DNA of 64,000 bases from Fibrobacteria bacterium (GTDB lineage Bacteria; Fibrobacterota; Fibrobacteria; UBA11236): NCBI GenBank assembly GCA_041746255.1, contig JBGTHM010000097.1, forward strand, positions 29,302 to 93,301. Direction: 5' to 3'. The notes under the pieces are model-generated. The model had not been told where the DNA came from and made no database searches. It saw only the letters and a list, made by a program, of their open reading frames with translations. The position numbers were made by a program, and so were the translations under genes. How positions within the stretch are numbered: position 1 is the first letter of the stretch; each line of letters begins with the position of its first letter. Positions 1 to 9,495 of this stretch are shown here, one piece after another.

Positions 1-1059
1 TACCGGAAGTATATCTCCGGGGTGGATATCGATCCGGCTCCATTGCCGCCCCACGGTTACCGTCGCTCCGAAAGTTCCCTCTCCGGTTGCCACCGCTTCG
101 GTTGCGAATAATACCCGCACAGCAAGGGAATCAACCGTTGCCCGGGCATAAAATGAAATCGTTCTGACCTTGGAAAAATCATACGCTTCCGGACCCAAAT
201 TCACCCGGTAATGGGTATTCGGGCGGATATTTATCCGTAAACTCTTTCCACGATAGGCGCCTATGGAACTCAAGGAAAGCTCCGCCGAAGCATTCTCCAC
301 GGGCAGCACGGATTGGGGAGTACTATTGATGAAAACCCGTCCTGCAGTGAGGATTTCGGCCGGATAGAGTATTCCACGTAAGGCGCTGCGCGTCTGTGTC
401 GACTCGAAATCGAAAAGCACCACCGAGTCGGGGGGAACATGCACGCTATCCAATTCCAGTAACTCGCCAGGTACCAACCTGAAACTCTCCTGAAACCAGA
501 AAACCGGCATACCGTCCATTTCTGCGTGACCAATCAAAGAGTAATTGCCCGGCAATACGGGAGGAAATTGGAAAACACCCTCTTCGCCGACTATGGCCCG
601 GTAATGGGTGCCCGAAAGTCCCAATGAATAGACTTTTTCAAAATCGCCGTGCATTCGGCCTGCAATTCGGGCAGCTTCCACCAAATCGATTTTTCCGGGT
701 CGAAACCCGCCATCCACCTCCGGGACCACCGGGAGAATGGACTGCCGCATGGAATCAGCTGATTGAAGACTTAAAAAGGATTCTCCCGCAGGCACATCGC
801 TGATTAGGAACCGCCCTTTGGAATCGCTCAGGGCTTCCGCAATTACCGGCGCGGTCGATTGAACTAGAGCCGTACTCGTATCAGGCACGAATCGGCCTTT
901 CCGAAGGGAGACGCGAGCTCCGACCAACGGCTCTCCGGAGCCATCGTAAACATGGGCGACGATTTCATTGGGTTGATCGGTACCCCCGCCGGCAACGCGC
1001 TCGCACCCGGCTATTAGCAAAGTCAGTAGCAAGAAACCCAGTAGGGAAAACCGAATCAT
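1..1059 (-). CDS. Surface lipoprotein (runs off the window edge): carboxypeptidase-regulatory-like domains plus C-terminal CBM11/CIA30-like domain
   Basis: Not in the ORF track. Manual reading shows a stop-free frame from ATG at 1059 (ATGA overlap with the upstream stop) to base 1. Starts MIRFSLLGFLLLTLLIAGC-ERVAGGGTDQPNE (lipobox); later VLFDFES...YDFSKVRTISFYARA. Confidence 0.8.
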   Translation of the reverse strand, partial: MIRFSLLGFLLLTLLIAGCERVAGGGTDQPNEIVAHVYDGSGEPLVGARVSLRKGRFVPDTSTALVQSTAPVIAEALSDSKGRFLISDVPAGESFLSLQSADSMRQSILPVVPEVDGGFRPGKIDLVEAARIAGRMHGDFEKVYSLGLSGTHYRAIVGEEGVFQFPPVLPGNYSLIGHAEMDGMPVFWFQESFRLVPGELLELDSVHVPPDSVVLFDFESTQTRSALRGILYPAEILTAGRVFINSTPQSVLPVENASAELSLSSIGAYRGKSLRINIRPNTHYRVNLGPEAYDFSKVRTISFYARATVDSLAVRVLFATEAVATGEGTFGATVTVGRQWSRIDIHPGDILPV

Positions 1060-1928
1060 TTTCCCGGCTCTCCCTTTTCATCGCTGTCCCTTAGGTTCTG
1101 GGTCAAGGGATATAATTGGAGATTCAGTGAAAATATTCCACTGACATCGGACTCCTCCATCGCACGGCTTAAAATCTTTCTCCGGACTTCATCCAATAAC
1201 ACCGAAATCTCCTCGAAATATTTTTGCCCGATAGCTAAGGTCGCATAGCTCAAATGCCTTTGCGATTTAGGCATCATCTCACCCGCTTGAATGGCCTTGA
1301 ACAAAAATTGCGACCTCACGTTTTTGATGATATGGGGTGGACAACCTTCTCCGCTCACTACCGGGTCGGCCTGGGTAAACCGATTTCCGGAGATTTTCTT
1401 CAAAAATCCGGTCTCGACCAATAAAGCGACTGCCTCCTTGGCTTCCTTCTCCGTAATCGGGGGAATCAACATCTGGCCTAGTTTCCGATAATTGCCTTTC
1501 CAATCGCCGTATACGGCCGCTTCCCGGATAACCTGATAGATCCAACTGGAAAAATAGGAGAATTGTTCCTCCTGAACCCGATAGAACGCCAGTTTTCGAC
1601 GAAGCCGATTCATTTCCGTCAAAAACTCCTGTTTCTCCAAATACACTTCTGCCTGATTATAGAGGACCAGATACTGGAAATATTCGATTTCCAGTTTGGA
1701 TAGGCTCATGGCCTTCCCGATTTTCAAAACCGATTCCAGGGTCAGGTTCCTTTCCCCACGGATGACTTTATCGCAGAAACTATGAGACTTAAAACCAGCT
1801 TTTTGGGCGAAAAAACGGTAAGAGAAGCTTTTTTTCTCCCGCTTTTGCCCTTGAAAATACTCGCTGAGAAAACTCCGGTAATTATCGAAAGTGAAAATTG
1901 ACCCCATTTTCGGATTTTCGGCGCTCAT
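1056..1928 (-). CDS. TIGR02147 family protein (N-terminal HTH, C-terminal DUF4423-like)
   Basis: IFTFDNYRSFLSEYF...FSYRFFAQKAGFKS...GERNLT...YFQYLVLYNQA...LNLQLYPLT is the family pattern. Confidence 0.9.
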   Translation of the reverse strand: MSAENPKMGSIFTFDNYRSFLSEYFQGQKREKKSFSYRFFAQKAGFKSHSFCDKVIRGERNLTLESVLKIGKAMSLSKLEIEYFQYLVLYNQAEVYLEKQEFLTEMNRLRRKLAFYRVQEEQFSYFSSWIYQVIREAAVYGDWKGNYRKLGQMLIPPITEKEAKEAVALLVETGFLKKISGNRFTQADPVVSGEGCPPHIIKNVRSQFLFKAIQAGEMMPKSQRHLSYATLAIGQKYFEEISVLLDEVRRKILSRAMEESDVSGIFSLNLQLYPLTQNLRDSDEKGEPGK

Positions 1929-2135
1929 AATACCATAATCTTAACGCCTAAATCAATTTATGAGTACGGATATTGTCTAAAAATAAGACTATAAGGGGTT
2001 TTTGAGGGTGCCTACGTGTCCTTTAGGGTACAAAATTTTAATAATTGGCATATGGGTAGGGTTGGAGGGCGGTACATTCATTGCTCTATGGTAAACTTGA
2101 AACGCGAACATCCACCGCAAGAAAGGGCTCCTTCC

Positions 2136-3212
2136 ATGCTTAAGCCTATTTTCTTGTTCCTAATAAGTATTGCATGCATCACCCAAGCCATAGCCCAGGT
2201 TCCCATGGGGAGAATGGCCTATATCGCCGACGGCAATTACCGCGATTCGGATGATATCGCCGCTACCCCGGTGGGCCTGGCTATTCTCCGAGCCATGGGG
2301 CTGGAAAAGAAATTGGTCCATTATTCCCATTCCTGCGACCTCAAACCGGGTTCAGGTGATCCCGGCGGCCCTTTTCGTGAAAAGGAAATGCAGATTAGCA
2401 GCGACGGTACCGCAGAACGCTGGGGCGGTTTCGAACATATCACTTTCTTCAATGCCCTCCGGGCCACGGACGCCACGGTCAATGATCTTGTCAAGCACAT
2501 CAACAACTCGACCGAAGCGGATCCACTCTGGATTATCGAGGCAGGCGAACCGGACATCATGGTTATGGCCCTGAAAAAAAGCGACCGCGCCAAGGCGAAA
2601 TTCGTGCACATCATCACCCACCATCCCGCGAACGACAAGGGCGATACCTATAACCTTGAGGATGTTTTTAAGGAAGGTGTCCCTACGGCGAATATCCATC
2701 GCATACCCGATCAAAACACATTGCTCAGAAAAAAGCTGTCCGAATTCCACTGGGCTAGGGACCATAAGGACTCGCGAATCAAATGGCTTTGGGATAGGGT
2801 GAACCTGGCTCAATCTACCGAAATGAAATACCCGCAAATAGTAGGCTGGGCTGACATTTCCGACGCGGGAATGGTATGGTGGTGGGCCACCCTCGATAAG
2901 GGCGGCGATGAAAAATGCGACTTTCCCAAAATCAGAAAATTACTCGAAGACTATGTTGCCAAACCTGTTATGTCGATATCGTTTTCCGGAAACCCGCGCG
3001 GCTTGGAAGTCCATTCCGGAAAGGGTGGTTTCACCATAGTTGCAAGCTCGGAACCTATTCAATTGGAAGTGGTCAATCTACAGGGGAAAGTCATTCATCA
3101 TGAATCCGGTCGCCTGAAAAGCACATTCATTCCCGTTACGGAAAAGGGCATGCACTTTATCCGGCTTTCACAAGGTAATTTCCGCATAAATACGAAATAT
3201 GTTTCCCGGTAA
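2136..3212 (+). CDS. Secreted protein, nucleoside-hydrolase-like fold, C-terminal sorting-type domain
   Basis: Signal peptide MLKPIFLFLISIACITQAIA after a GAAAGGG RBS; ADGNYRDSDD acidic motif; tail VVNLQGKVI...GMHFIRL. Confidence 0.6.
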   Translation: MLKPIFLFLISIACITQAIAQVPMGRMAYIADGNYRDSDDIAATPVGLAILRAMGLEKKLVHYSHSCDLKPGSGDPGGPFREKEMQISSDGTAERWGGFEHITFFNALRATDATVNDLVKHINNSTEADPLWIIEAGEPDIMVMALKKSDRAKAKFVHIITHHPANDKGDTYNLEDVFKEGVPTANIHRIPDQNTLLRKKLSEFHWARDHKDSRIKWLWDRVNLAQSTEMKYPQIVGWADISDAGMVWWWATLDKGGDEKCDFPKIRKLLEDYVAKPVMSISFSGNPRGLEVHSGKGGFTIVASSEPIQLEVVNLQGKVIHHESGRLKSTFIPVTEKGMHFIRLSQGNFRINTKYVSR

Positions 3213-5472
3213 CAAACTATGGAAATCATCGAGTGATAAGTGGATGGACCGAGGCTTATCGGCATCCTTGGGTCTACTGCTATTTTGCGCGGCCACCGCT
3301 TCCAGCTCGGAAATCGATACCCTGACAGCCCGGCTGGTCGGGGTGTGGAGCTTGGAAGAGGCATCGTCCGCGGTATCCGACTTATCCAGCCAAAAATCGG
3401 ACGGAACCTGGCCCGATATCGATTATACCAACCGGGACCGTACCAATTGGATTGTCGCCTCCCATCTCTATCGGCTACGTAGTATGGCGACGGCCTTCAA
3501 CCAGCCTACGCATCCGGCCTACGGGTCCGTGGCAATGAAGAACGGAGTGTTGAAGGGATTGGACGCCTGGTTTGCCAAATCCCCCTCCAGCCAGAATTGG
3601 TTCTGGAACGACATTGGGCCGCAAAACCAACTCGCTCCCATTCTGCTCATTATGAAGCCGTATCTAACGGCTCAGCAATTAAAGAACGGCGCCGAGATTT
3701 TCAAGTATAAAAGTGGGTGGACCGGGCAAAATAAAATCTGGTTCGCCGCTCAACTCGTCTACCGTGGCAGTCTCACAAATTCCCCTTCCGACGTGCAAGA
3801 GGGAGTGACCATTGTGGCGTCGGAAATCCAAGTATCCACCCAGGAAGGCATGCAACCGGAATTCAGCTTCCACCAGCACGGCCCTATGCCGTATAACGCC
3901 AACTACGGATTTTCTTTGCTGCTGACGGTTTCCCCGCTTATGCATGCTACTCATGGCCTATCCTTTGCATTTCCCCAAGCGAAGCAGGATATCCTTATTC
4001 GTTACGTACTCGAAGGCACGCAGTGGCTGTTTCGACGCGGAGATTGGGCCCTCGCCGTCCACGGACGGGAAATCTCACGGCCAGGCGCATCGACAACCAT
4101 GGTGCTTTACGGCGCCGACAAGGCGTTGCAGGGCGCCCTACAGCAACTTCGACGGGTTGCCGGTAATCGTGGTGGAGAAATAGAGGCATTCCTCAATCAT
4201 ATCAAGGGTGGTAACGACGGGGCGCTGGAAGGCAACAAACACTTCTGGCGATCGGATATCATGTCCCACAGGCGGAGTCCCTTTACCGCCTCGCTTCGTA
4301 TGACTTCCACCACCACGGGTAGAACGGAATCTATCAATAGCGAAAATTTAAAAGGGGGATATTTTCCGTTCGGCTCCCTGTTCCTTCAGAGACGGGGAGA
4401 TGAGTACCGGGACATTCGTCCCGTTTGGGACTGGTCTCGGATTCCCGGTGTCACCTCGCCGCATAAAAATGCTACACCTAATGGAACCGTGCAAGGAAAT
4501 ACCCTTTTCGTGGGTGGAGTTTCGGATGGCCAATACGGCGTCGCCGCCATGGACTTGAACCATGACGGAGTGACCGGACATAAAAGCTGGTTTTTCTTCG
4601 ACCGGGAAATAGTCGCACTCGGTTCGGATATCGTAGGGACGGGAAATGATCCGGTATTCACTTCGGTCAATCAGACAGCCGCGCGAGGTGAAGCCTGGAC
4701 CGGCTCATTCGCCGGTAATGGATCCGCCTTGGGAGCCCAGCCGGCACAGTTGTCCGGCAAAGCTTGGGTACACCATGACAGCACGGGATATCTTTTCTGG
4801 GATGCCGAAGCCGTTACAGTTCAAAATGCGAAGCAAACGGGAAGTTGGTCCTTAATCAATGCGAATTATTCCTCAACGAAGGAAACCCGGGATGTTGTCA
4901 GCCTTTGGTTTAATCATGGGGTGAAGCCGAATAAGAAATCTTATGCTTACGCTCTGCTGCCCGGTTTTTCCCGTGAAGAAGTAAAAGTCTACAGCGCATC
5001 ACCCAAGGTGGAGGTGGTCTCGAATACAGCGGCGCTCCAAGCCGTTCGGAATAACGATGCAGGAATCACCGGGATTGCATTTTTCGCAGCCGGAACGGTA
5101 GATGTAAACTCTGATATGCGCATTCGGGTGAGCGCGCCTTGCCTGGCATTGGCCAAATTCCAGGCCGGGAAAGTGGAGTTGACCTTGTCGAACCCTAAGA
5201 AAACCGCTTTGTCGGTAAAGGCCGACCTTCTGTCCGGAACCCAAACCGTGGCTTCCTTGACCTTCGCATTACCCGGAGATGCAGCTAATGGGGGGAAAAG
5301 CACAACTCAGACCTTCGCATACACGGTATCCGCATTGTCCCCCTATCCCAGCGCCGCCCCGTGGCTTAACCAAAACCACGGAAGGATGCCCAGCCCTGTT
5401 TGGAGGGGGTCCTGCGGCTCAGGTTCCGCACTACCCTGCATCTATACCACGGATGGAAAACGGCTGCCCTAG
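3199..5472 (+). CDS. Polysaccharide lyase family 8 (chondroitin AC/hyaluronate/xanthan lyase-like)
   Basis: NWFWNDIG, TGQNKIW, SFHQHG...NYG (catalytic His/Tyr), GREISR, ESINSEN, WDWSRIPGVT, KSWFFFD; signal peptide (start may be 3244). Confidence 0.93.
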   Translation: MFPGNKLWKSSSDKWMDRGLSASLGLLLFCAATASSSEIDTLTARLVGVWSLEEASSAVSDLSSQKSDGTWPDIDYTNRDRTNWIVASHLYRLRSMATAFNQPTHPAYGSVAMKNGVLKGLDAWFAKSPSSQNWFWNDIGPQNQLAPILLIMKPYLTAQQLKNGAEIFKYKSGWTGQNKIWFAAQLVYRGSLTNSPSDVQEGVTIVASEIQVSTQEGMQPEFSFHQHGPMPYNANYGFSLLLTVSPLMHATHGLSFAFPQAKQDILIRYVLEGTQWLFRRGDWALAVHGREISRPGASTTMVLYGADKALQGALQQLRRVAGNRGGEIEAFLNHIKGGNDGALEGNKHFWRSDIMSHRRSPFTASLRMTSTTTGRTESINSENLKGGYFPFGSLFLQRRGDEYRDIRPVWDWSRIPGVTSPHKNATPNGTVQGNTLFVGGVSDGQYGVAAMDLNHDGVTGHKSWFFFDREIVALGSDIVGTGNDPVFTSVNQTAARGEAWTGSFAGNGSALGAQPAQLSGKAWVHHDSTGYLFWDAEAVTVQNAKQTGSWSLINANYSSTKETRDVVSLWFNHGVKPNKKSYAYALLPGFSREEVKVYSASPKVEVVSNTAALQAVRNNDAGITGIAFFAAGTVDVNSDMRIRVSAPCLALAKFQAGKVELTLSNPKKTALSVKADLLSGTQTVASLTFALPGDAANGGKSTTQTFAYTVSALSPYPSAAPWLNQNHGRMPSPVWRGSCGSGSALPCIYTTDGKRLP

Positions 5473-5502
5473 GGTCTGGAAACCGCTTGGGTAATCCTCG
5501 GG

Positions 5503-6900
5503 TTACCGTACCACCAATTGCGATTGGCCGCTCGATTTCAGGAGATAGAGGCCTTTAGCCTGGCTCGAAAGGTCGATAACGGATCCTCGCCCTTCCAGAA
5601 TGGGTTTACCGGATACCGAATACACTCGCCAGTTTCCCGGGACCTCAAGGTGGATGACTCCCTCCACTCGCTGCGGCGTCAGCCGAAGGCCGCGCTGTTG
5701 GGATACCGCCGAGGGGTCCTGTCCGGATACTCTGTGATATTCATTGATGCGCTTATCCGATATTTTGAAATCGTCGAACCAGGCATGGATATCCTCGGTG
5801 GGCTCATATTCCGTGGACGAGCCGCCTAAAAAGGCGGAGACCAAGAGGTTGTTGATGGTCATCTCCTTGGATGACCCCTGCGGCAACCAGAAACCGAAAT
5901 TCTCGGAATTGGTCCTCCTATGGCCCTTGCCTCCATCCACCCAACCTTCAAAAATCCCGTCCTTATTTCCGGGCGTCTCGAATTTGTAATACAATTCGAT
6001 GTTATGCCATTTTCCGGTAGTAAGGTAGGGTGTAAAAGTCCTTTCGCACAGCGACGGTTTATGCACCAGCTTCTCTCCCCAAAACCTTTCCGCGTCTTCC
6101 GCAAAGGATTGATCGGCATTTATGGTTTCCGGATAAAACTGAATGCTGCCCCCCACTCGCCACATGATCCGGCCTTTCCATCGGCTTTCGTCGGCAGGGT
6201 AGTCTCCTCCCAGGCTCGGCAGCTTTCCGCCGCATTTGTCGAACTGAAAATTATCGCTGAACTTGACCCAATAGGACAAAAAAAGCTCCTTCGCTTTGAA
6301 AGGATTATCCTTATAGGTCCCTTGAATCGGAATACGCGTGTCGACCCCGGACCCCGAGGATTTCAACTCACCTTTTGGAAATCTCACCTTCAAGGAGGAT
6401 CCGACTCCATCGACGCTTTCATTCGGGTCTATGGAAGCTCGATTCGTGGCGTCGGTAGGGTTTACCCTGTCGTCCGCGAAGCCCGCACCATGCGCGACAT
6501 GCAAATCCGCTTTCAACTCGTCGGCCGTATAGTTTTTTCCCGGCCTCAGCGCGTCGAAGTTCAAGTGAAACACGCAAGAATCGAGCACCGGATCTTTTTC
6601 CAAAGTTATATCCACTTGACCGGAGCCCACGTTCACGTTTCTTTTCGAGGCATAGCCCATCGCCGCGGCGACGAGAGTAGTGGCGCCCCCTCCTTCCAGC
6701 GAATAGGAGCCGTTCGCGGCCGACTTGGCGAATTTCGAAGGATCCGCTGCAACGGTAATCAGGGCATTGGCGATGGCCGTACCTTGGGAGTTTTTTACCA
6801 CTCCCGTAATTGTCTGGGCCGAAACCGGACAGCATACCGCCAAGGCAACGACAATCAGAAGCGCGGGAACTGAAGTTTTTGCACGGTAATTCATTTTCAC
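5503..6900 (-). CDS. PL14-like polysaccharide lyase with N-terminal carboxypeptidase-regulatory-like domain and C-terminal sorting-type domain
   Basis: Signal peptide; YWVKFSDNFQFDKCGGKLPSL, RIMWR, GKWHNIELY, FLGGS; tail VYSVSGKPI...GLYLLK. Confidence 0.8.
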   Translation of the reverse strand: MKMNYRAKTSVPALLIVVALAVCCPVSAQTITGVVKNSQGTAIANALITVAADPSKFAKSAANGSYSLEGGGATTLVAAAMGYASKRNVNVGSGQVDITLEKDPVLDSCVFHLNFDALRPGKNYTADELKADLHVAHGAGFADDRVNPTDATNRASIDPNESVDGVGSSLKVRFPKGELKSSGSGVDTRIPIQGTYKDNPFKAKELFLSYWVKFSDNFQFDKCGGKLPSLGGDYPADESRWKGRIMWRVGGSIQFYPETINADQSFAEDAERFWGEKLVHKPSLCERTFTPYLTTGKWHNIELYYKFETPGNKDGIFEGWVDGGKGHRRTNSENFGFWLPQGSSKEMTINNLLVSAFLGGSSTEYEPTEDIHAWFDDFKISDKRINEYHRVSGQDPSAVSQQRGLRLTPQRVEGVIHLEVPGNWRVYSVSGKPILEGRGSVIDLSSQAKGLYLLKSSGQSQLVVR

Positions 6901-7060
6901 CCCAACGGCTTAAAAACACGGGCCAGCCTAGGTTATTTAATATAGGGAGTAATGGAGAACCCCACAGCCAATAGCCGCACAGCCTTCGAATAGTATGGGG
7001 TGGTAAGGCTTAAAGGCAATCCGACTTATTTAGTTTTTTGTGTCGAACCCTATCGCCCGA

Positions 7061-7636
7061 TTAATCGCCAGGTTCCAGTACGGAAATATTCCGGAATTCG
7101 GCGGTATCATCGAACGACCCGATGCCGACCAAACCGTTCCGCAGAGAGATATCGACTGCATCCAGGGCTGAATTTTCCGCATCGTCCATAAAAACCCGGA
7201 TACGGCCCGATTCGCCTTCGCGGTTCAGCCTTACGCGATGCCAATTCCGATCCGTGAGGGTGGGGTCGCCATTCCCAGCGTCGATACGACGGCGATCGGC
7301 TTCATTTACGATAAAGATGCCGTTATGCACCGCATCGGTGACGCCGGAGAGGTGGGCATAATAAAATCGCGAGGGAGATTGATACCCGAAGACCAGGACG
7401 ATGTCCGCGCGATTGAGACCCGGATCCATGGTGGATCGGAATTCCAGGCTGATTTCGAAATCGGTCTTTTCCAGTCCTGCCAGCAATGCCAAGGCTGCCG
7501 GCCGCCGTATGGGTCCACCCGGCTTGCCAGCCTGATAGAGCACAAGCTTGTTTTCGTTCAATTCCCATTTGCCGTTGCCGTCGAGGATCCAGTCTCGGGT
7601 GATTTCCCCCGATAGCTCAGGACATTGTATTCTCAC
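7061..7636 (-). CDS. DUF1080/3-keto-disaccharide-hydrolase-like concanavalin-fold protein
   Basis: GTG start overlaps the upstream stop (GTGA); DFEISLEF, WHRVRL, GLVGIGSFDDTAEFRNI. Confidence 0.65.
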   Translation of the reverse strand: MRIQCPELSGEITRDWILDGNGKWELNENKLVLYQAGKPGGPIRRPAALALLAGLEKTDFEISLEFRSTMDPGLNRADIVLVFGYQSPSRFYYAHLSGVTDAVHNGIFIVNEADRRRIDAGNGDPTLTDRNWHRVRLNREGESGRIRVFMDDAENSALDAVDISLRNGLVGIGSFDDTAEFRNISVLEPGD

Positions 7637-8541
7637 GATCCCCCCAAAGTTAGCGCCGCCAAGCCGGCCAGCATCACGGTAGCACCGGCGAAACGGGTTC
7701 GCCATTGCGTCTCCTGGAAAAACAGGCCGCCGAAAACGACGCTGAAAAGAATGGAGCAGCGCTTGAGCGCCACCACGTAGGGCGCCGGCCCGGATTGCAG
7801 GGCATAGGTTTGGGCTACATAGGCCAGGGAACCCAATAACCCAATCAACAGGAGAGCCGGTAACGAACGGAACCAGAGTTGTTTATGCGCCGAGAAATGC
7901 TCCGAGCGGGTTACGGCCTGGTTGGATAATCCCGCGCGCCACCACACCCAGGGAATCAGCGCCAGCCCGACCGCCAGGTTCATGGAAAAGCACCAGAACG
8001 CGGGTGAGCTGGCTTGAGTGCCCAACTTATCGTAATTGCTGGAGACGCTCCAGAGTAAGGCGATAGCGAGCATATAGCGCGAACCCATATTCTGCCAAGG
8101 AGAAATCAATAGGCTCCACCAACCTTTGCGCCAGGAACTGAGGTCCAGCGCATAGGTTCCGCAAGTAATCAGAATCACCCCCAGAAGCCCCCATCCCGAT
8201 ATCCGATCGCCGACCATAACCGGAGAAGTGACGAGCATGAAGACGGGAGTGAACGCCAGCAGCGGCATCACCTGGGATAGCGGAGCGATTTGCAGGGCGC
8301 GCAGATAAAGCAAAGTAGTGATGAAATTGATGCCGCCGCCTAAGGCCAGAGCCGACCAAAAACCGGAGTGCAAAACCGGAGCCCCTTCCCACAGAACCAA
8401 GGGTAACAGCCAGAATACTCCGAGGAGACGGTTGCCTACGCCGACCACACCTATGTCCAGCGACTGTAACGACTTTTTACTGGTCGAATCCTTCAGGGCC
8501 GTGAACAAAGCCGCCCCCAGGGAAGGTAATATCCAGCCCAA
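7633..8541 (-). CDS. EamA/DMT family transporter
   Basis: About 10 hydrophobic segments in two repeats; ALQIAPLSQVMP and GGLFFQE motifs. Confidence 0.9.
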   Translation of the reverse strand: MGWILPSLGAALFTALKDSTSKKSLQSLDIGVVGVGNRLLGVFWLLPLVLWEGAPVLHSGFWSALALGGGINFITTLLYLRALQIAPLSQVMPLLAFTPVFMLVTSPVMVGDRISGWGLLGVILITCGTYALDLSSWRKGWWSLLISPWQNMGSRYMLAIALLWSVSSNYDKLGTQASSPAFWCFSMNLAVGLALIPWVWWRAGLSNQAVTRSEHFSAHKQLWFRSLPALLLIGLLGSLAYVAQTYALQSGPAPYVVALKRCSILFSVVFGGLFFQETQWRTRFAGATVMLAGLAALTLGGS

Positions 8542-8565
8542 TTCAATCCATCCCGGTCATGGCCT

Positions 8566-9495
8566 TCAAGGCGAGCAAATTCCCAACGCGGTGTAGAATT
8601 CCGCCATGAGTTTATGCACATAGACACCGGAGTATTTTCCGTCGAAGAAGCGCGGAGCGGCTTCCTCCTTGAGCCTTTCCCATGAGGCCTGTTCGCGACC
8701 GGGGATGATGGGATAAAAAAGCGCGCCGCAATTCCGGGCGGCTTCCAAATCACCCGGCGCGTCGCCGATGAGGAGGGTTTTTTCGCGGGTAAACCCCCGG
8801 TCCATGGCGACCTTGAGTTGATGGGACTTGGTTCCGAATTCTTGGCCGGCCATAGCGTCCAGAAAAATATGGAGTCCCGTGCGATTCCATTCTTCCTGTA
8901 AAGCTTCGGTAGACGCTTGGGAAATTACCACGACATCCGCCTGCGACCTTAAAAATTCCAGGCCTTCCGCCACGCCACCAAAGGGCTCTATACCTCCGGA
9001 ATGTTCCCGGGACAGCCGATTGACTTCCGTCGACCAGTCCAAGGCGAACTTAAGCGGCGCAATCTCTTTACCCCTTGCATCGGAATCGAAATCCGGATTT
9101 TGCAACCAGGCTTTCAATCCGTCCGCGCTCAAGGAGCCGCCCGAGGCCATCCACCTTTCCAGGGGAGCTGAATCCAACTGAGGGTAACTTTCAAGGTTTA
9201 CCCCGGGAGATTTTTGCAACTCCGCGAAGACCAGAGCCAGGGCGCGAAAGCGATTTGATCCGCGCGAGGGCGAAAACAGATTGACGGATTCCCAAACCCG
9301 GGAGGCTTCCGAGAGGATGGGAGAAAGGTTGTAAACGGAAAGCAGGGCCGGGAAAAAACAGCGGCGATGCTTGAGGTTCATGCTGTCCAGAGCGCTGCCA
9401 TCGGAATCGACACCGATCAGGAATTCCCGCGTAGAGCGGAAATCGTTAAGTGAGGGGACGCGAACCGGCGATTGAGTCACTGCGGCGTCAGACAC
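8566..9495 (-). CDS. HAD-superfamily hydrolase
   Basis: Motif I GVDSDGSALD, motif II ISQ, motif III K, motif IV IGDAPGD. Confidence 0.88.
   Translation of the reverse strand: MSDAAVTQSPVRVPSLNDFRSTREFLIGVDSDGSALDSMNLKHRRCFFPALLSVYNLSPILSEASRVWESVNLFSPSRGSNRFRALALVFAELQKSPGVNLESYPQLDSAPLERWMASGGSLSADGLKAWLQNPDFDSDARGKEIAPLKFALDWSTEVNRLSREHSGGIEPFGGVAEGLEFLRSQADVVVISQASTEALQEEWNRTGLHIFLDAMAGQEFGTKSHQLKVAMDRGFTREKTLLIGDAPGDLEAARNCGALFYPIIPGREQASWERLKEEAAPRFFDGKYSGVYVHKLMAEFYTALGICSP

Noticed and set aside
5920..6873. 317-aa plus-strand ORF
   Set aside because: Antisense shadow of the PL14-like gene, with no motifs.
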